From Candidatus Altimarinota bacterium (lineage in GTDB: Bacteria > Patescibacteriota > Gracilibacteria > UBA1369), in contig OY782391.1 in assembly GCA_963677745.1 (NCBI GenBank), positions 352,001-416,000 of the forward strand: a stretch of DNA of 64,000 nt. Direction: 5' to 3'. Below, one piece after another: positions 29,461 through 38,600 of this stretch. Each line of letters starts with the position of its first letter. Positions within the stretch are counted from its first letter, which is position 1. Under the pieces are notes generated by a model. It was not told the origin of the DNA, did no database searches, and was given only the letters and a program-made list of their open reading frames with translations. The translations under genes were made by a program, and so were the position numbers.

Positions 29461-30030
29461 ATGTCCAAGACTTCTAAAATTGCCCTGATCAGGGAAATTC
29501 TCGACAGCGCTGAGGCTTCACTGCGTTCAGCCAAACAAATGCTGGCTGAAATGGCCGGCGAGACGGGTCAGAATCAGATCGCCAAACTGGCCGAAAAGGT
29601 CAGCTCCCATAAACAGGTGGGCGAACAGCACGTGATCGAAGGAACCTTCGACGGTCAAAACATGATCGGACCGGATGCCAGAGTTTATTCCGTCCCTGCC
29701 AATTACGCTTCCAAATCCAAACTGGTGGCCGGTGACATTCTCAAGTTGACCATCACCGAGGACGGCACCTTCCTCTATAAACAGATCGGACCGGTGGAAA
29801 GAAAGAAACTGGTCGGCACCCTGACTTATGATGACGGAATTTACCGGGTTATCGCCGGAGGAAAATCCTTCAAAGTGCTGCTGGCCTCTGTGACCTATTT
29901 CAAAGCTGAAATCGGTGACCGCATTACCATCGTGGTACCGGAAAGCAGCGAAGGTGAATGGGCCGCCATTGAAAATGTTCTGCCCCGCTTTGAAGACGAG
30001 GATGTCAGCCCCGATGATTTTAAACTATAA
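29461..30030 (+). CDS. conserved hypothetical protein (N-terminal coiled coil, beta-rich C-terminus)
   Basis: IEGTFDGQNM, YSVPANYASKSKLVAGDILKLTI, YKQIGP, VLLASVTYFK. I recall this pattern from Patescibacteria; function unknown. Confidence 0.75.
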   Translation: MSKTSKIALIREILDSAEASLRSAKQMLAEMAGETGQNQIAKLAEKVSSHKQVGEQHVIEGTFDGQNMIGPDARVYSVPANYASKSKLVAGDILKLTITEDGTFLYKQIGPVERKKLVGTLTYDDGIYRVIAGGKSFKVLLASVTYFKAEIGDRITIVVPESSEGEWAAIENVLPRFEDEDVSPDDFKL

Positions 30031-30069
30031 AAGGCCGTCAGCCGGCAACCAAACTAAAACAAAAAAATT

Positions 30070-31137
30070 ATGGCGCAATTAGATAAAATTTTCAAAACCG
30101 CCGTGCAGTACAAGGCTTCCGACGTCTATATAACCACCGGAACCAAGCCAATCCTCCGCATCAACGGCGATCTGATCTCGATTGAGGAACATCCTGTACT
30201 GTCGAAAAAAATGGCCGAGGATTACCTGGCCGAGATTCTCACCGACAAACAAAAAGAAGAGTTTGCCAAACAACTGGATCTGGATTTTTCGCTGGAAGTA
30301 CCGGGCGTATCCCGCTTCAGAGTCAATCTGTTTGTCCAGAGAAAAGGCATCGCCGCCTGTTTCCGTCTGATTCCGGAAAACGTCCACACTCTGGAGGAAC
30401 TGGGACTGCCCGACAAACTGAAAGAAATTTCCATCGCCGACAACGGTCTGGTTATCGTTACAGGCGCCACCGGTTCGGGTAAATCAACCACCATGGCCGC
30501 CATGGTGAATGAGGTCAACCAGAAGGACGCCCGCCATATTATTACCGTCGAAGACCCGATCGAATATGTCCACGAAAACGCTAAATCGGTCATCGACCAG
30601 CGTGAAGTCGGAACCCATACCTTAAGCTTTGCCAATGCGCTTAAATCTTCCCTCCGTGAAGATCCGGATGTAATTCTGGTAGGTGAAATGCGCGACCTGG
30701 AAACAATCGCCCTGGCCCTGACCGCCGCCGAAACGGGCCATTTGGTTTTTGCCACCCTGCATACCAACGGAGCGGCAGCTTCCATCGATCGTATCATCGA
30801 CGCCTTCCCCACCAACCAGCAAAACCAGATCAGAATGCAGCTGGCCGGTTCACTCCGGGCGGTGGTTTGGCAGACCCTGATGAAAACCAGGGACGGCAAC
30901 GGCCGCGTAGCCGGTCTGGAAATAATGATTAACAACAGCGCCGTCGCCAATATGATCCGCAAAAACAAAACCCATCAGCTCAATTCGGCCATTGAAACCG
31001 GCTTCAAAGAAGGAATGCAAACGATGAAGAAATCGGTCACCGAGCTGCTGGAAGCCGGAATAATCAGTGAAGAAGTGGCTCTGGAAAACACCCCCGAGGA
31101 AATTATGGATATCAATGCCAATAATGCCCAACAATAA
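30070..31137 (+). CDS. pilT: type IV pilus retraction ATPase PilT
   Basis: ASDVY, GATGSGKSTT, TVEDPIEY, LREDPDVILVGEMRD, AETGHLVFATLHT, AVANMIR (AIRNLIRE-like), GMQTM. Confidence 0.94.
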   Translation: MAQLDKIFKTAVQYKASDVYITTGTKPILRINGDLISIEEHPVLSKKMAEDYLAEILTDKQKEEFAKQLDLDFSLEVPGVSRFRVNLFVQRKGIAACFRLIPENVHTLEELGLPDKLKEISIADNGLVIVTGATGSGKSTTMAAMVNEVNQKDARHIITVEDPIEYVHENAKSVIDQREVGTHTLSFANALKSSLREDPDVILVGEMRDLETIALALTAAETGHLVFATLHTNGAAASIDRIIDAFPTNQQNQIRMQLAGSLRAVVWQTLMKTRDGNGRVAGLEIMINNSAVANMIRKNKTHQLNSAIETGFKEGMQTMKKSVTELLEAGIISEEVALENTPEEIMDINANNAQQ

Positions 31138-31645
31138 AATAAAATACAGTGGTTCTCTGCTCTTCAAAATTTTGCTGGTGACATTACTGCTGGCGGCCAA
31201 CGCCGGCCTGACTATCGCGGCAGACGAGCCTTCCCTGCTTGATCAAAAACAGTACGGTTCTTTCAATGTAAAAAACTATCTGTCTGTGGGAGAAAAAAGC
31301 ACAGGGATGACTGCAGATACCTCGACCGGCACCGCAACAGATAAAACTATCTTTGCCACAGGAACCACCGGCACACAGGACCAGAAATATCTCGAGGCCA
31401 CCAATCCCACCGCCGCTTTCATCGTCCAGGTCATCAACCTGATCACGCTGACGGCCGCTTCCCTCAGTTTTCTGGCCATAGTGATCGCCGGCTTCATGCT
31501 GATGTCTTCCGCCGGCAACGAAAACCAGCGCACCCGCGGCTTGGAAATCCTGCAAAAAGCCATCGTGGGACTGGTTATCACCCTTTCCGCCTACTTTATC
31601 GTAGCTTTTGTACAGAATCTGCTTTTTGAAACCGTTGCCAAATAA
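31124..31645 (+). CDS. TrbC/VirB2-like pilin 1
   Basis: Signal peptide, then IVIAGFMLMSSAGNE...AIVGLVITLSAYFIV. Confidence 0.8.
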   Translation: MPNNKIKYSGSLLFKILLVTLLLAANAGLTIAADEPSLLDQKQYGSFNVKNYLSVGEKSTGMTADTSTGTATDKTIFATGTTGTQDQKYLEATNPTAAFIVQVINLITLTAASLSFLAIVIAGFMLMSSAGNENQRTRGLEILQKAIVGLVITLSAYFIVAFVQNLLFETVAK

Positions 31646-31646
31646 T

Positions 31647-32309
31647 ATGAAAAAAATCCTCAAAAATTTGGCCATGCTATCGCTGCTGATGACAGCACTT
31701 CTGTTCCCTGGTTTTACACCGGCGCAAGCCCTGGACGCCACCACCGTCTGCATGTTTTTATCAAAACAGACCGACCCCATCCCGGAGCTGAAAGACAAAA
31801 TGCTGGTGGTCACCGAGGAAAGACTGGGAGCCGCCGACGACAAAAACACTTTTAATTGCTTCCGAAAAATCCAATGTACTGTCAACAAACCCGATGCTGC
31901 CACAAAGGGCACAACAGCTACGGATCTAATCCGTAAATGCGAACCAACCTACACATCAAGCAGCTGCACCAGTACTCCCGCCAAAGACATGGAAACCCAA
32001 ATGGGCATGAAGGAAGGCAACACCTATACCATCTGCGAACCGATCATGGTCTATGTGTCGGCCGCCGGAACCGAACTTTTGTATTATTACATGGGACAGA
32101 TTTACCGTTATACGGCAACCGTGGGCGGTTTGCTGGCCGTGCTCATTTTGATTGTAGCAGGTGTGATGCGTTCAACTGCCGGTGATAACACCAATCAGGT
32201 CACCAGCGCCAACAACCTCATTAAAAAATGTATATACGGTTTGGTGGTGCTGTTTTCATCAGCCATCATCCTCTACACCATCAATCCCAACTTCTTTGTA
32301 ACCTCATGA
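31647..32309 (+). CDS. TrbC/VirB2-like pilin 2 with a Cys-rich N-terminal domain
   Basis: Signal peptide (AQA), a six-Cys domain, then LIVAGVMRSTAGDN...IYGLVVLFSSAIILYTINP. Confidence 0.8.
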   Translation: MKKILKNLAMLSLLMTALLFPGFTPAQALDATTVCMFLSKQTDPIPELKDKMLVVTEERLGAADDKNTFNCFRKIQCTVNKPDAATKGTTATDLIRKCEPTYTSSSCTSTPAKDMETQMGMKEGNTYTICEPIMVYVSAAGTELLYYYMGQIYRYTATVGGLLAVLILIVAGVMRSTAGDNTNQVTSANNLIKKCIYGLVVLFSSAIILYTINPNFFVTS

Positions 32310-32854
32310 CCAAAAAAGCTGCCACAACCCGCCTGAAATTTCTAAAAATTGCCGTGATTAGTCTGGGAGTGGTTATGTCATTGACCAGTGTTACACTTGC
32401 ACAATCAACTCCAGCCTCCGATAGCGGAACTTCCGGCAATAACGGCACCGTCACCCAGCCCAGTATTATTCCCGCAGGTGCCTTAGACAATCAAAAATTA
32501 TACCTTCCCTATAACTCTTCCGGAGAATCCACCAAGGGCTATATGGAAAACCGCCTATTGCCGGGAATCGCCAGCTCGATCATCGGAATAACCGGCGCTT
32601 TGGCACTTCTGTTCACCGTTATCAGCGGCATCATGATGCTCGTCTCCTATGGTAATACCGATATGTTCGGCAAGGCCCGTAAAGCTTTGATCGCTTCGCT
32701 GGCCGGAGTAATTATCGCCGGACTGTCCTATGCCATTGTAAAAATCATTTCCACCATCAATACCGACTCGGCAGCTACTCCCAAAACCACTGCCATCGTA
32801 AAAATAATCGCTTCCCACGACATACAAAATGAAAACACCCACCTCTACAACTAA
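32306..32854 (+). CDS. TrbC/VirB2-like pilin 3
   Basis: Signal peptide, then VISGIMMLVSYGNTD...KARKAL..SLAGVIIAGLSYAIV; ATGA overlap with pilin 2. Confidence 0.8.
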   Translation: MTKKAATTRLKFLKIAVISLGVVMSLTSVTLAQSTPASDSGTSGNNGTVTQPSIIPAGALDNQKLYLPYNSSGESTKGYMENRLLPGIASSIIGITGALALLFTVISGIMMLVSYGNTDMFGKARKALIASLAGVIIAGLSYAIVKIISTINTDSAATPKTTAIVKIIASHDIQNENTHLYN

Positions 32855-33428
32855 AAAAATTCTGGCTACTCTCGGTCTGCTCTGGCTGTTGTTGCCGGCA
32901 ATTTGTCTGGGAGACAGCTCGACTCCCGCCACTCCTCCAGCAGGTAGTTCTACCCCAGCAACACAGACACCTACGACACAAACCGGCAGCGGAACAGTTA
33001 AGGAAAGTGACCTGTTCTACCAATTTTCTTACACCGATCCCAAAGCCAACACCGGAACCAAAATTGCCGCAGTCAACGCTCTTCCCAAGAAAGACTGGCA
33101 AAGCACTCTTACCGGCATCATTAAAATTCTGCTCAATATCAGCGGAGGATTGACGCTACTCTCCTTCACCGTCGGCGGTGTTATGATGATTATTTCCCAG
33201 GGCAACGGTGACCTCTTGGAAAAAGGTAAACGGATTACTTATTATTCTGTAGCCGGATTGGTGATCATAGCTGTTTCTTATGCTTTGGTAATCGGTGTAT
33301 CCGAACTTAATCTCGTCGCACCAGGCTCAGGCGCAGGAGGAAACAACCCTACCAGCGGACAGGCAACAACTCCAGCCGCACCGGCAACTCCGGTCATGGG
33401 AACTGAAGGAACCCCTGTTGGGGGATAG
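32829..33428 (+). CDS. TrbC/VirB2-like pilin 4
   Basis: Signal peptide, then VGGVMMIISQGNGD..EKGK...SVAGLVIIAVSYALV. Confidence 0.8.
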   Translation: MKTPTSTTKKILATLGLLWLLLPAICLGDSSTPATPPAGSSTPATQTPTTQTGSGTVKESDLFYQFSYTDPKANTGTKIAAVNALPKKDWQSTLTGIIKILLNISGGLTLLSFTVGGVMMIISQGNGDLLEKGKRITYYSVAGLVIIAVSYALVIGVSELNLVAPGSGAGGNNPTSGQATTPAAPATPVMGTEGTPVGG

Positions 33429-33439
33429 AAACTTAACAT

Positions 33440-33982
33440 ATGAAAAAAAACAAACTAAAAAACTGGCTTTTAACTCTCTTGTTTCTTGGAATACTAATTA
33501 TTCCACAATCAATAGCGTTTGCGTCTGCCCTGCAAACCGAAGATCTCATGACCAGAGTCATACTGGATCCGGCCCTCAAACCGGATAATTCCCCAGGAGT
33601 TGTAATCGGAAACGACACACTCGGTAATGCCGGAGCGGAAGCTGCTTTCGGCAATTATGTATTACAAGTAGTGGCGGGAGGTTTGATTACGGTTGCCGCT
33701 CCGGTTGCCATCATCATCATTGCCATTGCCGGACTGATAGCAACTGTTTCTCACGGAGACCAGGGACTTATCGATAAAGCCAAAAAAACTTTGACCTGGG
33801 CTGTAATTGGATTGGTAATAATTATATTTTCCTGGGTCATCGTGAAGGCCGTGATCAGTGTCGTACTAATGAGTAATCAGACTGCTCCGGCCAGTACCAC
33901 CAACGGAGCACCGGCCTCTCCCGCCCCGGCTGCCACTCCACCGGTACCCGGAGACACCGGCGCACCACAAACTGGCGGCTAA
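33440..33982 (+). CDS. TrbC/VirB2-like pilin 5
   Basis: Signal peptide (AFA), then IAGLIATVSHGDQG.IDKAKKTLTWAVIGLVIIIFSWVIV; Pro/Thr-rich tail. Confidence 0.82.
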   Translation: MKKNKLKNWLLTLLFLGILIIPQSIAFASALQTEDLMTRVILDPALKPDNSPGVVIGNDTLGNAGAEAAFGNYVLQVVAGGLITVAAPVAIIIIAIAGLIATVSHGDQGLIDKAKKTLTWAVIGLVIIIFSWVIVKAVISVVLMSNQTAPASTTNGAPASPAPAATPPVPGDTGAPQTGG

Positions 33983-33990
33983 ATAATGAA

Positions 33991-35511
33991 TCACTCCCCC
34001 TTCCTTTGCTCCAGTTTTGGAAACAGCACCCCTGCTTCGCTACCCAGCAATTGGGAGGTTTTCAACAATCCAAAATCTTTTTTCCCGACCCAGCTGTATC
34101 CATCCGTAGAAAAATGCTCATCATAAATTTTTAGAATCTTCGCGGCACTGTCCGGAATAAAAGGCAACAACATCATCCCCAACTGACGTATCAGTTCCAG
34201 CAGATTGTACAAAACCTCTGCCAGACGCGTCTGGTTATCTTTGGCCAGTACCCAGGGTTTGGTGTCTTCTACATATTTATTGGCGACAAAACCCAGCTCC
34301 AGAATTGCTTCTACCGCTTTCTTCAAATCATATTCAGCCAGATGTTTCTCCAGATTGACCCAAGTCTGTCCCACTTTCACTTCAAATCCGTCATCAGCGC
34401 CTCTCTGGGGTACGGCACCGGCAAAATATTTGCGGTTCATGGCCAGCACACGACTGACCAGATTACCGAAAGTATTGGCCAATTCCTCATTGTAAACAAT
34501 ATCAAACCTTTCCTGGCTGAAATCCCCGTCACCCAGCGTGGGAACTTCTCTCAGCAAATAATAACGCAGGGCATCCCGTCCGTATTTCTGCAGAAACTCA
34601 AAAGGCTCTTTGACATTACCCAGCGACTTGCTCATCTTTTGTCCTTCCGAAGTGATAAAACCATGAACCATGATAGTCTTGGGCAATTCCATACCGGCCG
34701 ACATCAGCATCCCGATCCAGATCAAAGCATGAAAACGCACAATGTCCTTGCCTATAACATGAACATCGGCAGGCCAAAACTTTTCACGGTCTATCACCGA
34801 AATGTAATTCGGCAAAGCGTCACACCAGACGTACATCAACTGACCGGAATCGCCAGGCACCTCAATCCCCCACTTATAAGACTCCTTCGAACGGGAAAAA
34901 CTGACATCCTCCCCTCCCTCCTCAATCAAGCCGAGCAGCTCGTTTTTACGCGATTCCGGAACAATCTGGATTTCGCCGCTGACTATCTTGGCCCGGATCT
35001 GGCTGACATATTTGGACAAACGGAAAAAATAATTTTCCTCTTTGACCTTCACTACCGGTTTTTTATGAAGTGGACAATTGCCCTCCACCAGTTCCTTTTC
35101 CAGATAAAATCTCTCGCAACCGACACAATACAAACCTTCATAATCGGATTTGTAGAGATCGTCCGAATTGGAAATTTTTTTCCACAGCTCCTGTGCAAAT
35201 TGAATGTGCCTTTCCTCGGTAGTCCGGACAAAATCATCGTTGGAAATTCCCAGCTGCACGGTCAAATCCTTGAACAAGGCCGAATTTTCATTGACCAGTT
35301 CCTGCGGCCAGACTCCGCGTTCTTCGGCTACTTGGGCGATTTTCAAACCATGCTCGTCCGTACCGGTCAGAAAAAACACTTCCTTCCCTTCTAGCCGGTT
35401 ATAGCGGGCCAGAACATCAGCCTGCAACAGCTCCATGGCAAACCCCACATGCGGAGCGGCATTAACATAAGGAATCGAAGTCGTAATGTAAAACCTGTTG
35501 GCTTTGGACAT
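33991..35511 (-). CDS. metG: methionine--tRNA ligase (short form, no C-terminal OB domain)
   Basis: YITTSIPYVNAAPHVG, TGTDEHG, CVGC..CPLH knuckle, YVWCDAL, GKDI, KMSKSLGN. Confidence 0.97.
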   Translation of the reverse strand: MSKANRFYITTSIPYVNAAPHVGFAMELLQADVLARYNRLEGKEVFFLTGTDEHGLKIAQVAEERGVWPQELVNENSALFKDLTVQLGISNDDFVRTTEERHIQFAQELWKKISNSDDLYKSDYEGLYCVGCERFYLEKELVEGNCPLHKKPVVKVKEENYFFRLSKYVSQIRAKIVSGEIQIVPESRKNELLGLIEEGGEDVSFSRSKESYKWGIEVPGDSGQLMYVWCDALPNYISVIDREKFWPADVHVIGKDIVRFHALIWIGMLMSAGMELPKTIMVHGFITSEGQKMSKSLGNVKEPFEFLQKYGRDALRYYLLREVPTLGDGDFSQERFDIVYNEELANTFGNLVSRVLAMNRKYFAGAVPQRGADDGFEVKVGQTWVNLEKHLAEYDLKKAVEAILELGFVANKYVEDTKPWVLAKDNQTRLAEVLYNLLELIRQLGMMLLPFIPDSAAKILKIYDEHFSTDGYSWVGKKDFGLLKTSQLLGSEAGVLFPKLEQRKGE

Positions 35512-35523
35512 GTATCTGTACGT

Positions 35524-35548
35524 AAAAAGGGGTAAAAACTTTACCCCT
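35524..35548 (-). terminator. terminator-like hairpin between the giant gene and metG
   Basis: Minus strand AGGGGTAAA-GTT-TTTACCCCT-TTTT. Confidence 0.6.
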
Positions 35549-35609
35549 GAAATCTACTAAACAATGAAGTTTTAGGCAAATCCTAAACTGACTGCCGGTG
35601 GGCGCGGAA

Positions 35610-38600
35610 TTATTTTTTTGTTTGAGGTGACTGTGCCTGTTGGGAACCCGGCGCGGGAGCCTGGGCAGGAGTCTGTTCAGGCGGTGCAGTTGGTGGTTTG
35701 GCACTGGCCGCCACTGTTGCCGGTGGTGCCTCAGGTGCAGAAAATGAAGGGTTTTTAGCCATAAATTCCTTTTGTCCATCTTTGGAAACCTTCCCCTGTT
35801 GCAAAGCTTCTACAAACGTCTTCATGTCTACATACCCGGCTGGAAGCTTCAAATCCTTACCCAAATTTTGGGATTCAATCACTTTTGCTATTGCTTTCTG
35901 TAAATTAGGACTTGCCTGATACCCAGATTCCACCAAAGCGGCTCCTATTGCCTTTTTGGCATCTTCCGGGGTCTTAGCGTCATTCAGACTTACAGTTGCT
36001 TTTGGAGCTTCCGGGTTAGCGGGTGGCGCAGCAGTCTTTCCACCTTCCGGTGTGGCAGGCTTGGCGGCTTCCGCCTTGGCTGCAGCCGCATCTGCTTTGG
36101 CAGCATCGGCTTTCTGTTGTTCAGACTGAAGATTTTCCATTAGAGGGACATCATCCGAAGCCAGTTTCAGTACAGTAGCCAACACATCCTTCTGGCCACC
36201 AACTGCCATTTTTGACCGGCCTTCATTGGGATTATTCCATCCCGGAGCCGCCGACACATCCACACCTCTATCGGTCTTGGTAAAATGCAAAGTCATCGGT
36301 ATACCATTGCCAGCAGGGCCGATACTGACATTGAACATCATCTCTTTCTGGGACATCGGGGAATTTTCGGGAAGATTGGACATAAAAACATTTCCCGGCT
36401 TGAGATCCTTGCAAGCCTTGATGGCATCCAGAGCCGGACCACCCAAATCTCTGTTCATAGTAGAGCCTTCAAACTGTGCAAAAGATATTCCATGATACTG
36501 ATCACGACGCGATTCAAAAGCCGCGCGGGCTGCCTGATCCTGGGCTTCCTTGGCCTTATAATCCTCATAGGGCTTTCTCTTGTCCTCATTAGCCTTATAT
36601 TCGGAAAAGAATTGTTCCGGAGTCTTTATCATCTGTTCAAGTTCTTTTCTTACTCTCTCGTCATATTGTTTCGTATTTTCTGTTAATTTTTTTGGTGTTA
36701 CGATTACTTTATTCAGATAATCTTTCAGCGAAGATATGTAGCTCTGTTTGGCTTTATCAAATTGATCAGCCGTCAATTCAGAAAAAACCGTCTCCTTGAT
36801 CCTTGCCATACGACCTTCATTCACATAGGAAGCCACCAGCGAACGGCATCTGGGCATTTTATCGGCCCCCTGCACGTCACCATATCCACTGACAAATTCC
36901 TTGGAAATTATTTTTATAATATCTGTCCTGGTAGCGGGTTTGGACAGAGCGTCTATAACAATCTTTTGGGAAGCGGGATCTTCCGGTTTAAAATCTTTTT
37001 CCTTTCCCGTCAGTTCGGCCAACACCTTCCACATTCTTTCCTGATACTGTTTCTGGGCATCATCTCCGGGAATTGTCGCACCATCGCTCACTCTGGCCAT
37101 CACATAACTCTTGATAGCATCAGTATCTCCCTGGACTTTCTTGAACACTTCCTTAAGAGCGGCTTCTCTTTTTTGCGCATCAGGCATTTCTTTGGCCGAC
37201 TCATTGGTAACGCCGATACTATCCTTAGGCGCTTCCGGTCCGGTTTTGGCCGGCTCTTCTTTTTTCTCTCCGGCTGTACCACCCGGAACAGCTTCTGTAG
37301 CTGTTTTAGCCTCAGGCTTAGGTTGAGGAACCATAGTCAGCAGTAAATAACCTTCCGCGACGGCTTTTCTAAATTCCGCAACATTCGGACGATCCTTTGT
37401 TCCTAAATTAAATTGGCGGGCTTTCATTCCTGGAAAAGCCAGGTCTACAATACCTTCGGCAGTAGCTCCTTTCACGGTTACATCTTTGCACAAAACAAAC
37501 GTCCCCTCCGGTCTGTCTTCCGGTCTGTCTAATGAGGCAAACTGGACAGGCATTTTATTAATTCCCTCCAGAACATTCTGGAAAATTTGCTCCGTGGCCT
37601 TTTCACCGCCGGTCCGGGCCAGATGATTGCGTTGTTCGGCTACCAGCTTCATTCCCCACTCCAGAGCTTCCTGTGGTTGTCCTTTAAATTCACCCAATTT
37701 TTGATTTGAAGGTATCAAATAATATTCATACTCTCCCCTCCCGTCGTGGACCATTTGCATTCTTTGAGGCGGATCCAGCTTCTGCATCCAGTCAAAATCA
37801 AAATGATGTCCGTTGTTAAATTTCCCAAGATTATTCTCCATTGTTCCCCCCTTACCGTCAGGAAGAATATTTCTGGAAGACCTTACCGACAATAAATCTC
37901 CAGCCCCGGCTGCTCGAGCTGCCGCCTTCATTTGTTGGATTCTGTTCCCATTATCGGACTCTTCAAAAAAGCGCCTCTCCTGTTCTGCCGATTTTGCCTT
38001 ATCGCTGTCTCGCTCACCATTTTTGTTTTCAACCCAGCTCCGCAACTTTTTTAATACCCTCAAAGCATCTGACAAACCTGAGGCATTAAACCGGTATTCT
38101 TTTTCTCCGTTTAACCCAATATTATTCTGTTCAACCACAACTTCAATCCGTCCGTGTGGTTGTGGAAAAAATGTCACATCGGGATCGTCCCCCAAAGCCC
38201 CCGTCTCCCAGTCAAATTCGTATTTTACCCCGCCATTCACCTTCTCAGGACCACTATCAATTTTTTCGCCCCATTGTTCAAAATTGCCCTTATACTCAAC
38301 ATTAGCCCTTTGCAGCTCTTGTCCTAAAGTCCCCTTGTTTAATATTTGGGCAAAATGATCCTGCATGTCATTGAGAGCATCTTTCCCCTGCCCCCTCGGA
38401 GTATATGAAACAACATCAACTTTTCTATTATCTTTAGTGATAACAAAGCGGCCATCATTGGTCAGAAAAAACTCACAGGGAATAACACCATCATTAAAAG
38501 GAAAATCAACTTTCACTGGAGAATCAGGCCTGGGTGCCACCTTATAATTAAGAATTGCCTGCATTACGTTTAAATAGCGTTCATCAACCCTATCAAAATC

